Positions 1-13,200 of a DNA stretch of 64,000 nucleotides are shown here, piece by piece (position 1 is the stretch's first letter; each line of letters begins with the position of its first letter). Both the position numbers and the translations under genes were made by a program. The notes beneath the pieces are model-generated. The model did not search any database. It was given only the letters and a program-made list of their open reading frames with translations, and was not told the origin of the DNA. The DNA is from Eukaryota sp. TZLM1-RC (taxonomy: Eukaryota > Protista > Metamonada: BaSk clade), in contig JAUPSS010000003.1 of assembly GCA_040285825.1 (NCBI GenBank), positions 1,860,001-1,924,000 on the forward strand, read 5' to 3'.

Positions 1-202
1 ATTCAAACATCACTTTCTGAAAAGTGTATTGAATGTAAAGAACTTATGGCACTGAGTGCTTGGAACTATCATGGCATCATAGGTTACTCCAAGGAGTAAT
101 CGAAAGTCACTTGCATCTGAAAAGGGAAAAAGCACCAATGTTGACTGGGTTTTCATATCAAGAAAAATAGAAACTTACAATCACTTCCATTTTTACGACA
201 AC

Positions 203-732
203 ATGTCGGAGTCGATAACACGAAACGAGACACCCCAGTTGGAGGCACAGAGTGACATCCAAGATGCTTTTATACCAGGGGAACCACAAAAAGTCTGTGG
301 ACATCCCAAGTGTACCAATGCCGTTCCTCCTACCGCAACGTACAAAAATGGCGCTTGTAGTTCTCTTTGTAGGTTTGTTCCAATGATCTTTTTCACCATA
401 GCAAACGGTTGTCTGATCTCACATATCGGAGGAAGACCCGCGAGGCACCACAACAGGGCGCCAGATCTTCTCCACGTATGAAGATTTCTGCTAAGCCCAC
501 CATACCAATTCATAAACCTATACCCGTTCGGCCTAGATCTATGTATCATTCATTTTTGGGCTTTCAGAGAGCTCCTACATATCAACCACATGTGGCTATG
601 CGTCCAAACCTTGATGCTTTTCTTATGCAACAACAAGTACCTTCGCACATGTCACAAATGTTTCATTGCCCGAATCTTCCCTTTCCAACACCACATGCGT
701 TTGGTTCTGTGGGTTATGTTGCACCTTATTGA
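203..732 (+). CDS. Small Cys4 zinc-finger protein with basic segment and Pro-rich tail (166 aa; intron 373-401)
   Basis: Removing the 29-nt intron GTTTGT...CATAG (373-401) joins ORFs 203..481 and 409..732: CGHPKC...CSSLCSKRLSDLTYRRK, then a Pro/Gln/Met-rich tail. Confidence 0.65.
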
Positions 733-1223
733 CTCAATATTGTTATGACATTTATTAGTTTTTAGTATTTAATTTATTTAAGCTATTTGCTTACTGCATC
801 TTTAAATTCCGCACTTTTTTTCTTTTTTCCAACTTCAACATTTTACTTGCTCTACTCTTCTTGAGATGTTGTTTTACAGACAGCTGTGGCTCATATTTGT
901 TTAGAAAAAAGTTTTAAAACATTACTTTACAACAATTATTAATCTTTTCATAAACTAATCAATCAATTTGATGGCAGCGCGTTTGGACAACTGCAACAAT
1001 TTTTCACCCAAGTGTAAAGTCATGTTTCCGACCTTTTAACATTGAATCAAGACAAAAACAATCGTCAGAGAAGCATTGTGTTGGAGGTAATTAAACAACT
1101 ACTGGTAGATGTAAGTAACTTAAAGCTTCAATGCAATGGAAAATATTCAACAACAAACATCTCAATAAGAAAAACAGCTTGATAAAAAGTTATAAAATAT
1201 CCAACATACCAAAAGAATTTTAT

Positions 1224-1952
1224 TTACTGCCTTCGTCTACGTCCAAGTCGATAATCACCAATAGTGATAAACGCCACAGAGAACAGTCCATAAACAATGC
1301 TAGACACTGTTCGAATGAACAACTGATTGCTGATGAGTGGAGCAAATAGTGTAACTGAATTAGAAATAAAATGTGCAATAACCCCAGGAAGATAAGTCCC
1401 GGAATGCAGAGCAAATGCGGCTTGAGACCAGCTAAATGTTAGAATAGCAAATACTGCAGTAACTTTAGAATGATCCAATGCTATTGTATCTGAATGTGCC
1501 ATTAACTGAAGAGTGATCAACATGCCATAAACAGTTCTGTTAGACCAATACTTCTTGAGATAAAACACCACGACTCCTGTAAAGAAGAATTCTTCGCTGA
1601 TAGCAGGAAGTATAGCATTCTGGAATAGTTGAACAGGATCAATGTTTGATAGAGACACACATTTTGGACAAATGTGGTGGACAGCAGCGAGGGAGAGCAT
1701 AGGATAAAGTGAAAGAATTGTCCACATAAACGTAGGAATAAATCGAACTCGCAATCGTGGTATACTCAGGAATTTACGTAGAGCAAGACAGGCTGAAGGA
1801 ATTATTCCCAACATTAAAAGAGATTTAATTAGTAGTGAGAGATGTGGACCAAAGCTATCTGCATATAATGAGCCGAAAGCGTTGAGAAATGCATATGCTG
1901 TAAATATAGCATAAGTGATGATCAACGAATGAAGTGTCGTTAATATGTTCAT
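1224..1952 (-). CDS. CPBP (Abi/CAAX type II, Rce1-like) intramembrane protease
   Basis: Multi-TM protein with PAISEEFFF (EE motif), xxAH and C-terminal AHFISN (HxxxN). Confidence 0.8.
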   Translation of the reverse strand: MNILTTLHSLIITYAIFTAYAFLNAFGSLYADSFGPHLSLLIKSLLMLGIIPSACLALRKFLSIPRLRVRFIPTFMWTILSLYPMLSLAAVHHICPKCVSLSNIDPVQLFQNAILPAISEEFFFTGVVVFYLKKYWSNRTVYGMLITLQLMAHSDTIALDHSKVTAVFAILTFSWSQAAFALHSGTYLPGVIAHFISNSVTLFAPLISNQLFIRTVSSIVYGLFSVAFITIGDYRLGRRRRQ

Positions 1953-2769
1953 TGTGATAGATGTTGTCTATAATATGAATATGAATAGAGTGTGTTTTTC
2001 AAGAATGTGGAGGGGGAGCTGTGATGAATTGAACTTGTTTGTGTTCCGCTTAAGCTGCAATCCCAAACATTCCCCCAATAAATGTAATTTGATTTACTTT
2101 TATCCAAGGATGAGTAGAGTTTAAGCCATGTTTGAAAGCCATGAAATATACGTTGTTGATACTGTTTTATTGTTTCAAGTTACTCAGATGTCTTTTTATG
2201 AATTTGGGTGACGTCAATGAAATTGAAGAACAATTTATGCAATTTATGCTCAAGAAGCATAAAGATAATGAGGACACAGTAGAGAGCTTTGATGCACCAC
2301 TCAGAATAAAGAGAGATGTTGAATTTGGAAATTTCATTTGGTCTCTGTTGGAAACCACCCCGAGACCTCCAAGACTGAATGCTCTAACTGAAGCGCAATT
2401 TGATGCTGCAAAAAATGTAGAAAACTCTGATATTTAATCTAAGATTTTGATTTGAAATAAAAAAGATAAAATGAATAAGTAAAATCGTTAGATAAACAAA
2501 AAATCAATATATATAATCAAAAAAATCAATATATCTTTGTAAGAATAAAAAGAAAAAACTATATAGAGGTAATTTAGTCATGTATTTTCAGAGTTCACAA
2601 TTAGTAAACAGAAATTTTGATGAGGAATTTGATCTTGTGTGTCTCAAAACAGTGTAGATTCAACGACAACAGTTGTTGATGAGTTTTGATAGAAGAAAGA
2701 ATACGATAACTTGAAGGTACAAGTTTGGGGGAGGCTTGGGAAAAAATTTGGCATTATAAAATAAAACCA

Positions 2770-5700
2770 CAGTATATGATTTCGCACCTAATACAGCCAA
2801 TCTGAAAACATGAATAATGACACAAGCCATTGACACTAATTTGCCCAACAAGATCAATGTACAGTTCAGTTTTAGTACTTCGTCAAATAAACCATTCTTT
2901 AGCAATATTGACGAATATCTCTTGATCTGAACTCGCTGCTATTTCCACTTTTGAATTTTTCAATTTTCAACACCTAGTTCAAATCATTGGCATTTGAGAA
3001 CAACTACTATTTTGGGCATTTTGCATGAACTTTGTCCTTCTTCCAATCATATAGGGTCCAAATATTAAATCTCCTTGATTAAATCAATCCTGATGTTATT
3101 CTAAGGCATGTTTTTCATTCGTCCATTGGTGAGGGGTATCACTTTCACTCGATCTTCATTTCTTCTTTAAGCTAGTACAACACCACCTTCTTATTCACTG
3201 CTGGGCTAAAACTTTTATCATTTCTCGAAAATATTGCATCTGATGTCATGCGAAGAAATCCTGTGTGCCCATCCCCCAGTTTTTCTCCTGGTTTTATCTC
3301 TTTTAGTCAAAAACTGGAAAAGCTTTTTATCTCTTTTAATGCCAACCACTGTCTGCTGAAATACCCGCTTGCTTATTTCAGAAAAAAGAAGTATCTGACT
3401 TACACCTCAATAATAAGTTCAGATGCTGTTTCAATCCGCTTCACATTTTCCTTTGCCCCCCCCCCCCAATGGCCACGCAGTTAGAGAATTCGCAACCGCC
3501 ACAGCCAGTGGAGAACACGATATGCGTGCCAAGAGTCGAAAGTGAAACTCGAGACTTCAACAACAGGTTCGTCCTAAACAACATCGAAGAACATATGACG
3601 CCTACGAGCATCCTCTCGTTGATCCATTTGAATACTCATTTTGTGCAATTGATCCCAACCACAATAATTGGGGTGGTTATTCAATTGGTTCAAGAATTGA
3701 TAAAAACAATGTTGACCATCAATTTGGGCCTTATTCTAAATCCAAAGGCAAAGGAGATCACCCACCGGTCTTGACCCATGCATCACCAAATTGCTATTTT
3801 GCTAAGAAATTTTTTTTGTTATTTTTATTTATTCCAACAAAAACAAACTATACGACAAGGTTAAAATTCTATGTCTTCATAACCCAAATCAGCCAAGAAG
3901 AATTGACTGGAAGTTTTTCTTTCATAAAAGCGTCCAAGAGATAACAAAGCTGAAGATAATAAGGGAACAACATCCTTGAAAATTGAAAATACAATTCCGT
4001 TTTGCCAAAAACTCTTGTCAAAAACTCATCCAGTACGTTGTTTTACAATTTCAACACAATGATCTAGAAAAGACAAATGGAGAGGTCCAAGTGTTTCGTA
4101 AAGGGAAACTGCAAAAAGACAGAGGACATAATGAGTATGCGATTCTGCATTCAAGGATAACAAATTTGCTTTGTATTTGTCAATTTTGGCTTTTTCGGAA
4201 ACAGTTAAGGGGTCTTTACATTTTGATTGAGCCATTGAAATAAAGGAATCATTACAAACATCGGTGGATCTCACATCTGTAATAATGGTAGTACCTTCAA
4301 GACCTTCAAGCATTAAATCACCTCTATTTCGATCAAATGAATACAAACTATCTTCATCAACCAAACGGGAAAGTAATGGTTCTAAATAGGAAACAATTCT
4401 ATGTGATATTGACATACAATAGAGTTGATCTCTTACTGCATCATGAACTTTTGATGGAAAAGTAATAAAATGTTTACAATTGAGTAAATGATTTGGAGAA
4501 ATTTTTGATCCACATTTACAAATCAAATTATGGGGCACGTTATCAGGCCAAATAAAACATCAAAGGTGCATTGTACAAGAAAATTCTGTATCATTTAAAA
4601 GAAGACCATAAATTTGAGAAATCTGACTAATTAAACACGAAGATGAACTGTTTTGGGCATCTAACAAAAAATTTGCGAAATCGGGATTATCTCTTTTGGC
4701 CGCGCCAAGACGAACATTAAAATCCAAGCCTTCAAAAATTATTGTTAACTTTTGTTGCAATTTTTTAACACAATACCTCAAATTAACTAGTATTCTAGAT
4801 GGTATTTCCTGCACATTGTCGGGAAAACATTTACTCCAGATTTCAGAGGACAAATAATCAAGAGCATTTTGAAGCTCTCCAAGAAAATTACTGCTTGTAA
4901 AATTCAATAAATTAGTATCATTGGGAAAACGGTTGCAAAATTCAAAAAAAATTCCCTCCACCAAGAAAAGCAGCCTAACAGAGAATAGACGATTTAGTGA
5001 AATAAATTCCACCAAAATTAGATGATGAAAATGCATGACTTCGAATTAGTTCAGGATTGACATCAATCAAAGATGCAAATAATTTTGTTCTCAAATAGTT
5101 AAATGAGCGGCAAACCTCACGTGAAATATCAGGAGATGTTGTTCTTAAAATGTGAGTAATTTTATCAGAGTAACAAATTAAGATAATAAACTTAATATGT
5201 TTCTCAATTTCAAATGACGAAATTGTGTCAAGTGCAGAACCCAATTACATCAAAAGATTATTCAATTTTTCAGTAATTTTTGGAACATTTCCAAGCCAGC
5301 ATCCTAGGAAACGAAAAGCATCTGAGGAATAGTTAAGAAAAGGAATTTCAACACCATCAATGGTTAGTCTATCTTTTACTTTTCCTATGAGAAGACATTT
5401 CTCGGCATTAAGCAAAAGACCAATATCTCTGTAAAACAGTGAGGCTTCAGAAGCAATTTCATTTAAAACATTTAATGGACCAATAATTGAAATATCATCC
5501 ATGTATCCTACTATCTTTAACATCGGATAGCGATGACTGAAATGAATCATAGACTTGTGAATTGCTAAACAAAAGAGTAATGGCCCAAGGGGATCACCTT
5601 GCTTAACTCCAGAAGACGAAAACAAAGTATAAGATTCATAAATTGGTTCACCGGCTTTACCACAAAGTAAATAAATAAAAAAAGAATTTACTATTTGCTA

Positions 5701-6149
5701 AGAATTTACACAAATAGCTTAATGAAATAGCAATACCTTTGAGGTGGGTACCGACACAGGAAGCAATCAGCAATCCGAAACTATACTAGACCAACTGCTG
5801 ATAAATGGAGATCGCCGAGTACACCATAATTTGCTTTGACAGTGGAGGTGGTGGGTCCTCAAGACAAGCTGTGAAAACCCCAAGGAAGCACTTGTTGAAG
5901 GAGATTCAGAAGCATTTTATGTGAAACCTAATGGAGATAAATTCTACTGCCAAAACCAACTGCTGTAAGGTATTCAATCCAAGGGTGTATCACGATGATG
6001 GGAGGGTGAGAAATGATAGGTTTATTTACCCTCAATGTCAGACACTGTGGTCGAGAGACATCTCAGCCTCCAGAAACCGACTGGAGATTGCCATAAGTGA
6101 GCACTACTATATTGAAAGACCTGAGGCGTTTCGAAGACCCCGTAAATAA
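2770..6149 (+). pseudogene. Degenerate Fanzor1-like (TnpB-derived) nuclease gene split by a non-LTR insertion at 3809-5690; 5' limit approximate
   Basis: Plus-strand pieces in canonical order: FENNYYFGHF, CPSPSFSPGFIS, IISSDAVSIRFTF, RuvC-I-like FCAIDPNHNN (D codon 3651); after the insertion RW-YRHRKQSAI, TIICFDSG..TPRKHLLKEI, broken RuvC-II region with KTNCC, CQTLWSRDISASRN (RuvC-III D codon 6057) and RPEAFRR. Many stops and frameshifts. Confidence 0.75.
3809..5690 (-). mobile_element. 5'-truncated RLE-type (CRE-like) non-LTR retrotransposon, family B, with TSD
   Basis: RT GVKQGDPLGP/YMDD, CxC..H..C knuckle, HDAVRD-EP-RGDL-TDV RLE, A-rich tail at ~3810; flanking TTTGCTAAGAA repeats at 3798-3808 and 5694-5704. 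Confidence 0.9.
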
Positions 6150-6381
6150 GTATCTTTCCATGTATTGCGTACCTGTACGCCTATTGTGATGTTGCTGCTT
6201 CAACTATCATTTGATCGTGATATCATATAGTGATAGATCTAAAGTATGCTTAACGTCTAGCAAGATTGCATGAATTGGTAAAATGCTGGAAGAGTGTTTT
6301 GATAGAAATTCACAGTCCTCAGCATCTTCTACCATTGCTTCAATTTACAATACCATTGCTTAAACTCCCTCTTCTTTTGCT

Positions 6382-7088
6382 ATGACTGACGAACCTAATG
6401 AATGCTTGTACAAAATCCTTGTAGGTAGGTTACTCTTTCGATTACTAATCAAAAGTTGGGGATCCTGCTGTTGGTAAAGTTTGTCTATCCTCTCTTATCT
6501 AGCCTCAGACCTCTATCATCAAACGTTACGTACACAAAATGTTCTCCCCACATTACAAATCCACAGTATGTTGTATATCATAGCTAACTGTTGATTGGTC
6601 TAGATTTCGCTCTCAAGATTCTGAACGTCGACGAAAACAACGTGTTCAAACTCCAGTTTTGGGATATTGGTGGACAAGAACGCTTCGGACAAATGACATC
6701 TCTATATTACAGAGAAGCTGTAGCCGCCCTAGTGGTTTTTGATATCACCCGCCAAGCCACCTTCTCTGCCGTGCAGAAATGGAAGGCCGACATTGACTCA
6801 AAGGTATGTCTGCCTAATGATGAACCCATTCCCGTCATACTCCTTGCTAACAAGTCTGATTTAGTGAAGCAGAACCTCGACAAATCTCGCATGGACGCCT
6901 TCTGTAAGGAACACAATTTCCAGGGTTGGTTTGCAACCTCTGCGCGTGACGATGTGGGTATTAATGAGGCTTGCTCATTTTTGGTGGAAAAGATCCGAGA
7001 AAACGACAAACAGTCAGATACAATTGATGACGCCACCGTTGTTGTTCCCAATTTGAATGACACTGCTGGGGGAGGATGCGCTTGTTAG
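6382..7088 (+). CDS. RAB32: Rab32/38-family small GTPase (205 aa; introns 6425-6455, 6479-6508, 6566-6593)
   Basis: Spliced sequence LYKILVVGDPAVGKTSIIKRYVH..HYKSTIGLDFALK, WDIGGQERFGQMT, NKSD, TSA, C-terminal CAC prenylation motif. Confidence 0.88.
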
Positions 7089-7162
7089 TTTTAATTTATT
7101 TGCCGTTTATATATTGTATCAAATGTTAATAAACTCGTTTTTATAATACAAAATGCTGTTAC

Positions 7163-7517
7163 TTAACTATAATTGGGGGGTGGGGCTCTCACTGATGCAT
7201 TCCGTTCAAGAAGCTTGCATAGTCTCTTGCTGGTCTGCAGGTTGTTGTTGAACGTCTCCATTGTGGCCAGGATTTCCTCCATTTTTTGTTTCTTGTCTTG
7301 TTTAAGCTCGCGAAGATATCGTAGAGGACTTGAGAAGTACTCCCCATACTTCAACACACAACGCTCTGTCCATTCAATGTCTTTGTTCTAAGGTTAAAGG
7401 ATGGGATAGTGGTAGACGCACTATTTCTTTAAGTTCTTCATTCAGTAAGTCAAAGTGGCCTTCAAGGGTGTTTAATACACTAAGAAGCTCAGATTTGGAA
7501 GCGTCTGGGCTAGTCAT
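7163..7517 (-). CDS. Small helical/coiled-coil hypothetical protein (intron 7388-7421)
   Basis: ATG at 7517; a 34-nt GTGCGT...TTAACCTTAG intron joins MTSPDASK..LKEI to NKDIEW..; convergent with the Rab gene. Confidence 0.6.
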
Positions 7518-7979
7518 AAGGAAAGGATAGGTCAAGTGAGTGGCGGATTCCAATGAATGATTTCACATCCCCAAAATGATATCAATTATTCACGATTAAT
7601 AACAATCAATCATTATTTAGTTGGATAAATATCTTCACAGACAATACTTCCAACTTCCTTGGTGAATCAAATTTCAATAATTATGAACGGATATTTACTT
7701 TGTGTTTTAGTTTGAGTATTGTGGAATTGTGGGATGTTCATTTCATATTTCAAAAACTCATTTATGTGTGATTTAAACCAATACAGTGAGAACCTCTACA
7801 TTTGAAATATTAAACAAGGTTGGTTGCGTTTGAGTAGGCATTTACAATACAACATCAAATAATATATTTGGTCAATATCCTTGATTAAAGAAAATGTGTT
7901 GTGTGCAGACATTCGTTTATCCTGCTTGTTTTACAGAACCTAAATTTAAGATTCAAAATCAAACCACCCACTTGAACTT

Positions 7980-8600
7980 AAACTAGAACTCAATATCCTC
8001 AATACACGCATCAACATCATCAAATCTCTTCAGTGCGAGATTTTCATACTCTAATCCTAAGTGTAACAGTGCTTTGGTTATCATTGAAATTGCTTTAATA
8101 ATACTAAAAACAATTCTATGGTGCCAGAAATTGAAGGTCAATTGTTTTCGTGCTGAGTTTTTTATTAAACTTCTGAAATCTTCCAGAAATTTAATGCCAG
8201 ATATTCCAATGTTACCAAAAAGAGAAATAGCAAATGGAACCAGCTTGTAAAGGTTCGTTGTACTATTTTATTTTGTTCCTTGGAGCAAAACCTTCAATAC
8301 CTTTGTCATATTTTCTATGTTTTTCTTTAGCTTTAATTTCAAGAGCCCTTACAGTATTAAGTTTTCTTCTGTGAGCCAAAGTATCATTTGCAACTTTAAA
8401 TGAGACAAAGTCAACAATGGCTTCAGAATTATCAATCGAATCACAGAATACATCATCTCTATCATCAGAACCAAAATTATTCAGAGGAAGTGTTTCCTTC
8501 AGCAGAGGTTCTTTGATACACGAAATTCTTGCAGTTTGTGCTATTTTAAAAACAGTGCCTCTAACAGCATCATGTAATGAAGAACGATAAGTTATCAATA
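7980..8600 (-). mobile_element. Chimeric RLE non-LTR remnant (family A part fused to family C 3' end)
   Basis: ~8290-8600 matches the 18525..19325 RLE; 7980-~8290 matches the 60945-61290 tail. Confidence 0.75.
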
Positions 8601-8776
8601 ATCTTTTCAATAATACTATAGAAGAATAAAAATAGATCTATAAGATCAATAATCATAAAGGACATCACAGAAATCTAGGTTGCTTCGGTTTGGGAGATAG
8701 TCGCCCAAACGTAGAAATACTTGGTTAATTTGTAGAAATTTGAAAATTAAACCATTACAAAATTCTCGATTTGTCA

Positions 8777-9450
8777 TGACTCAACTCACTTTGCGCCATG
8801 CTCTAAATTGCTCTAAATTGATAACTTATCGTTCTTCATTACATGATGCTGTTAGAGACACTGTTTTCAATATGGCACAAACTGCAAGGATATCGTGTAT
8901 CAAAGAGCCCCTGCTGAAAGAAACACTTTCTCTGAATAATTTTAGTTCTGATGATAGAGGTGATGTATACTGTGATTGGATTGATAATTCTGAAGCTATT
9001 GTTGACTTTGTCTCATGTAATGTTGCAAACGATACTTTGGTTCACAGAAGAAAACTTAATCCTGTGGCTGCTCTGGATTTTAAAGCAAAAGAAAAACATA
9101 GAAAATATGATAAAGAAATTGAAGATGCAAATATCGATAGAAATACACAGCTGGTTTTTATTGCTTTTCCATTTTCGATAAATGGAAGATTATCAGTTGA
9201 AGCAGAAACTTTTTGGATGACTTCCAAAAATTGGTGAAAGAAAAAACAATGAAAAGATTTGATATTTTTTTATGGCGTTCACGGATTCAATTTGCCATTA
9301 TTAATAGATTACCGCGGTTTTTCAATCGAATTAGAGAAGCTTTAGCTAGACAGCAAGCAAATCAAGATTTTGTAGAGGAAATCTTGGTTTAATGATAGTC
9401 GTCCCATTAGTTATGATTTAATTTAATCAAGTGTGCAAATTCAATAAATT
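8777..9450 (+). mobile_element. 5'-truncated RLE non-LTR retrotransposon, family A
   Basis: HALNC, HDAVRD, KEP, RGDV, VDF RLE motifs; near-identical to 18710-19380; 3' end GTGTGCAAATTCAATAAA. Confidence 0.9.
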
Positions 9451-10200
9451 AAATCATTTGTCATGACGTCAAAACGTATTCTTAAGCTATGTTTGTATTA
9501 CATTATAGTTTATTGTACAATGGCACTCTAGCGCTGAAGTTGAAGGAAACCCATTGCCTTCGTAATAAATTACTCTACATTCAAAATACATATGTCTTCC
9601 AACCGTCCAATGCCATCAGGAAAGCACTTGGACCAAAATTCAAGAGAGAAGTATCCAATGTCACTCTGCAGCATTTTGTAATAGCTAATGACCTAGTCAG
9701 CCAAGCTAGAAATGTGAGGTCGACTTGAAGAAAGCTTTTGCTCATCCTTAGTGGAAATGATAAATGTCCGAGGTTAAACAAAATTGCTAATCTTTACTAA
9801 TAGAATATTTGGAAAATTTCAGAACTGATGTCTTCAACCATCAACCAGCAACAAGCGTGAAATTGTGAATATGAAATGGTATTATAGAGCAATTTATTAG
9901 CCGAGTTATTATAGAAAAGGGTATGTGTAATTTTTTGGAAATAATGTACTAAAACTTGTTCTAATTTTAATGTTAACTTGATAATAATAACATTTGCTAA
10001 TACTTTTTCTTTTTCGTTTCACTTCATCATTCTCATGCACCTACTTAATGCACCTATTTAATAATTCACTTATATATAATTCACTAATAAAATTTTGAAA
10101 GATCATCACTTAAAAAAACTTAAAAAGTAGTTTTGCAAAAAAATCATCTAGAAATGAAAATTTGCAGAATCAACAAAAAAACATTCTTTTTCGAAAAAAG

Positions 10201-13200
10201 TTACTTTTTGAAAAACATTCCAAACAACTGCTTCTTTTCTTCAGCATGACTAATGGCTGATGACAAAGGATGCGATTCCTTTCTCTTCCTCCTAGTTCTT
10301 CTCCCCTTTTCGTCCTTGCTCTGTCGTCGAAACACATTAGAAATCTTCCCACTAATGTAACCAGAAGCAGTTTGTGCTAATACTCTCAAAACAACCTCTC
10401 CTTTGATCAACTCTGCAAGCTCCCCCCATGTTAAAGTTTTATTGGCAAAAGATAGTTGTGGAACGTGGATTCGAAGGTTATCAAAATCTTGAATATTCTT
10501 CGACTTGAGTCCCTTGTATGAAACTCTTAATTGCAGGGGAGATACTCGAACATGGTGAAAAGTAATGTAGCGTCGCACAGAACTTGATGAATCTTCAGTG
10601 AGGTGAGAGGAGGTGAGAAATGGTGAATCAGACTCCTTAATTGATCGTCGATGTGTTGCTAGAGTTTGGTTGTCATCATGGTCTTCCAAGTCTTCAAAAT
10701 CTAGATTAGAGTCACTATCTTCCGAAACCTCAGTCGATATTGATCCAGAACCGAAATAGGAAGGTAAATCATCATCAGTCGCGTCATCTGATTGGAAAAA
10801 ATGATTGAATGTGCTAACCAAGAGCGAAGTAAGACGTACATCGAGTGGAGCTACCAACACGTCAAAATTCTCGGAAACCAAAACTCCACCTACAGAAGGA
10901 AGGCGAGTTGATCGAATTCTACAAAAATCAACACCAGGGGAAGAAAGAACACTGTCTTGCAGACGGAGAATGGTTCTAAACGGAGAGCATTCTGGTACGA
11001 GAAAGCTAGTGGCAAGAGCCTTGGAAAGAGCTACTACAACATTGGATTTGTAACAACTTTCATCAACAACATCAATGGTCTCAGTGTAGTTGATCTCCTC
11101 GAGAATAACCTTTGTGAACATCTCTCCATCAGCTAGGAAAGAAGCATCCATGTAATCGACAGTGATGCTGAGGGGTAAAGGTTTGGATTCTGAATCTGAA
11201 TTGTTAGGCAGAGCGGAAGTTAATGCATTGATACCGTCCACCACTAGCAAGTAGCTGCTGCGATCGAGAGAAACTATTAGGGCAGGTACATGAAGGCGTA
11301 GTCCATGTGAGGACTTGGTGAAACTAACAGAGAATGGTAGAGCGATCGAGTGAAACAGAGATACTTCAGCAACACCATTTCTAATCGAGCTCTCAGGCTC
11401 AGCCCAAAGGAATTCGTCGCACCCAATCTCGGGTGCGACTAGCGCTTGGATTTTATCTGAAGAAACGTTCACGGTAGAATTGGCTATACAAATTATAATT
11501 TTAGAACAAGTAATCAAAAACGAATCGCTGAGTGCAAGTTGTGGAACATCAATGAAAACTTCCAGTTGTTGGGGTTGATTGACCTTGAGTTCATTGACAA
11601 GCTTTTCTGACAAAAGAGTAGAATGTGATTTTGAATAGCGAGAAAAAGCATCGAGAGTTTTTGATACTCCATCAAGCCATGCTGTGAGATCATTGAGATG
11701 CTTGCACAGTGAAGACAAGCATATTTTTGGAGACTTTATCGCTATTGACGTTGATTCCGGTAGCACAACAGGTTTGCTTTCATTTATGTCACGCCGCCAA
11801 TCAGTATAGCATGCAATGGGAGACGAGATATAATGATCAGTAACATCACAAGAAGTTGGTAGATTGACATTATCAAGAAGGGGAATGTCTACAATAAACT
11901 TTTCAATTAATCCCAGTGAAGTAAAACTTGGGTTTCCAATATCAATATTAGTAACAAATGCTTTAACTGACAAGAGAGAATAAAAAGAAACGAATCGCAT
12001 ATATGGTTGAAACTCTGAATATTTGAATATTTGGTTAAAGAGCAAAACATGAGCTCTACTCGTACCAATTGACACGTGGAGATGTTTGGAAGCTCTTACA
12101 CAAGTATTATTCATATCAAGAATGAGGGACATTTTTCTAATAAGATCGGGAACTTCCAATAAATCTCTAGAATTATTGGATTTGTTTGAAAATGGAAATA
12201 CAGAGATCGTCCGTTGAAATGATTTCGAAACCCTCAATAAACAAGACAAAGATGTGACTGAAATATTTGCTTGCATATTGACAGATGACAAGCTCACCAA
12301 TGGGTCAATTCTGCCATATTCATGATGTTTCAAAATTTCCAACTGCTCATCTTTTAACTTCAACGGACTCATCATTTGATTATCAGAATCCAACTCAAAA
12401 TCGTAGCAGACAGCCATCATTGTGGAGGGTTTGTGGGGTTTAACAATGGGAAATAAAGAGTCGTAGGTGGGACTCGAACACGTGCAAAATGCTTCATGAT
12501 CGACGACCACTCCCCCTACACCAAGTTTGCGATTAATTTCTGCCATTTTACATCTTTTTGAATGAGTTTTGAGCAGAATCTGAATAGATAGCTCCTCAAA
12601 TGACAAGATAGACTTATCATTAATCGGCTGCTTAAACAATGATACCGACAGAGGACTACTCTTCACATGTGGAGAGAGAGCTAAAGGTGACCTTCCAAAG
12701 GGGTCACTGTAAGGAGGACGATCTGGTGTTTGTAACGATGTAAGTGGTGTAACGGAGAGGCAACTATCATTAGCAACAACAGCGGAGGCATCAAGCCCTT
12801 TAATACTTAGGGAGATAAGTGCCAGTTGATCACTATTTTTCTTATTTAAAACAAGCAAAAGTTCTTGAATTCGCATAAGCAAATAGTTACGCCATGAATG
12901 AGGAGAGAGTGAGCTACCGATAAACAACGAAGTTCTAACCAGAGACACAGAAGGCCTTCCAACAAGCATCAAACGCAGCTTATCCCATGGCTGAAGAGTA
13001 GGCATGGAGACGACCGACGGTGGTGAATGTGTATCCAAAACATGAGATAAAAGATTGAGAGAAGGCTGCCAAGATTTGGAAAAACGAACAATCCCATCGA
13101 ATAGCGAAATGTACAAATTATTGTACATTTTAGTAAACGTAGGTGATGCGTTTGTCAACAAATGCCAAATTTTAGACGGATTTTGTGGAGAAGGGATCAT

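Noticed and set aside
2132-2437. ORF upstream of the Fanzor relic as its partner transposase
   Set aside because: No recognisable DDE, HUH or recombinase motif; left unassigned
3469-3774. 101-aa ORF as an independent gene
   Set aside because: Overlaps the Fanzor-like frame carrying AIDP; likely a shadow ORF
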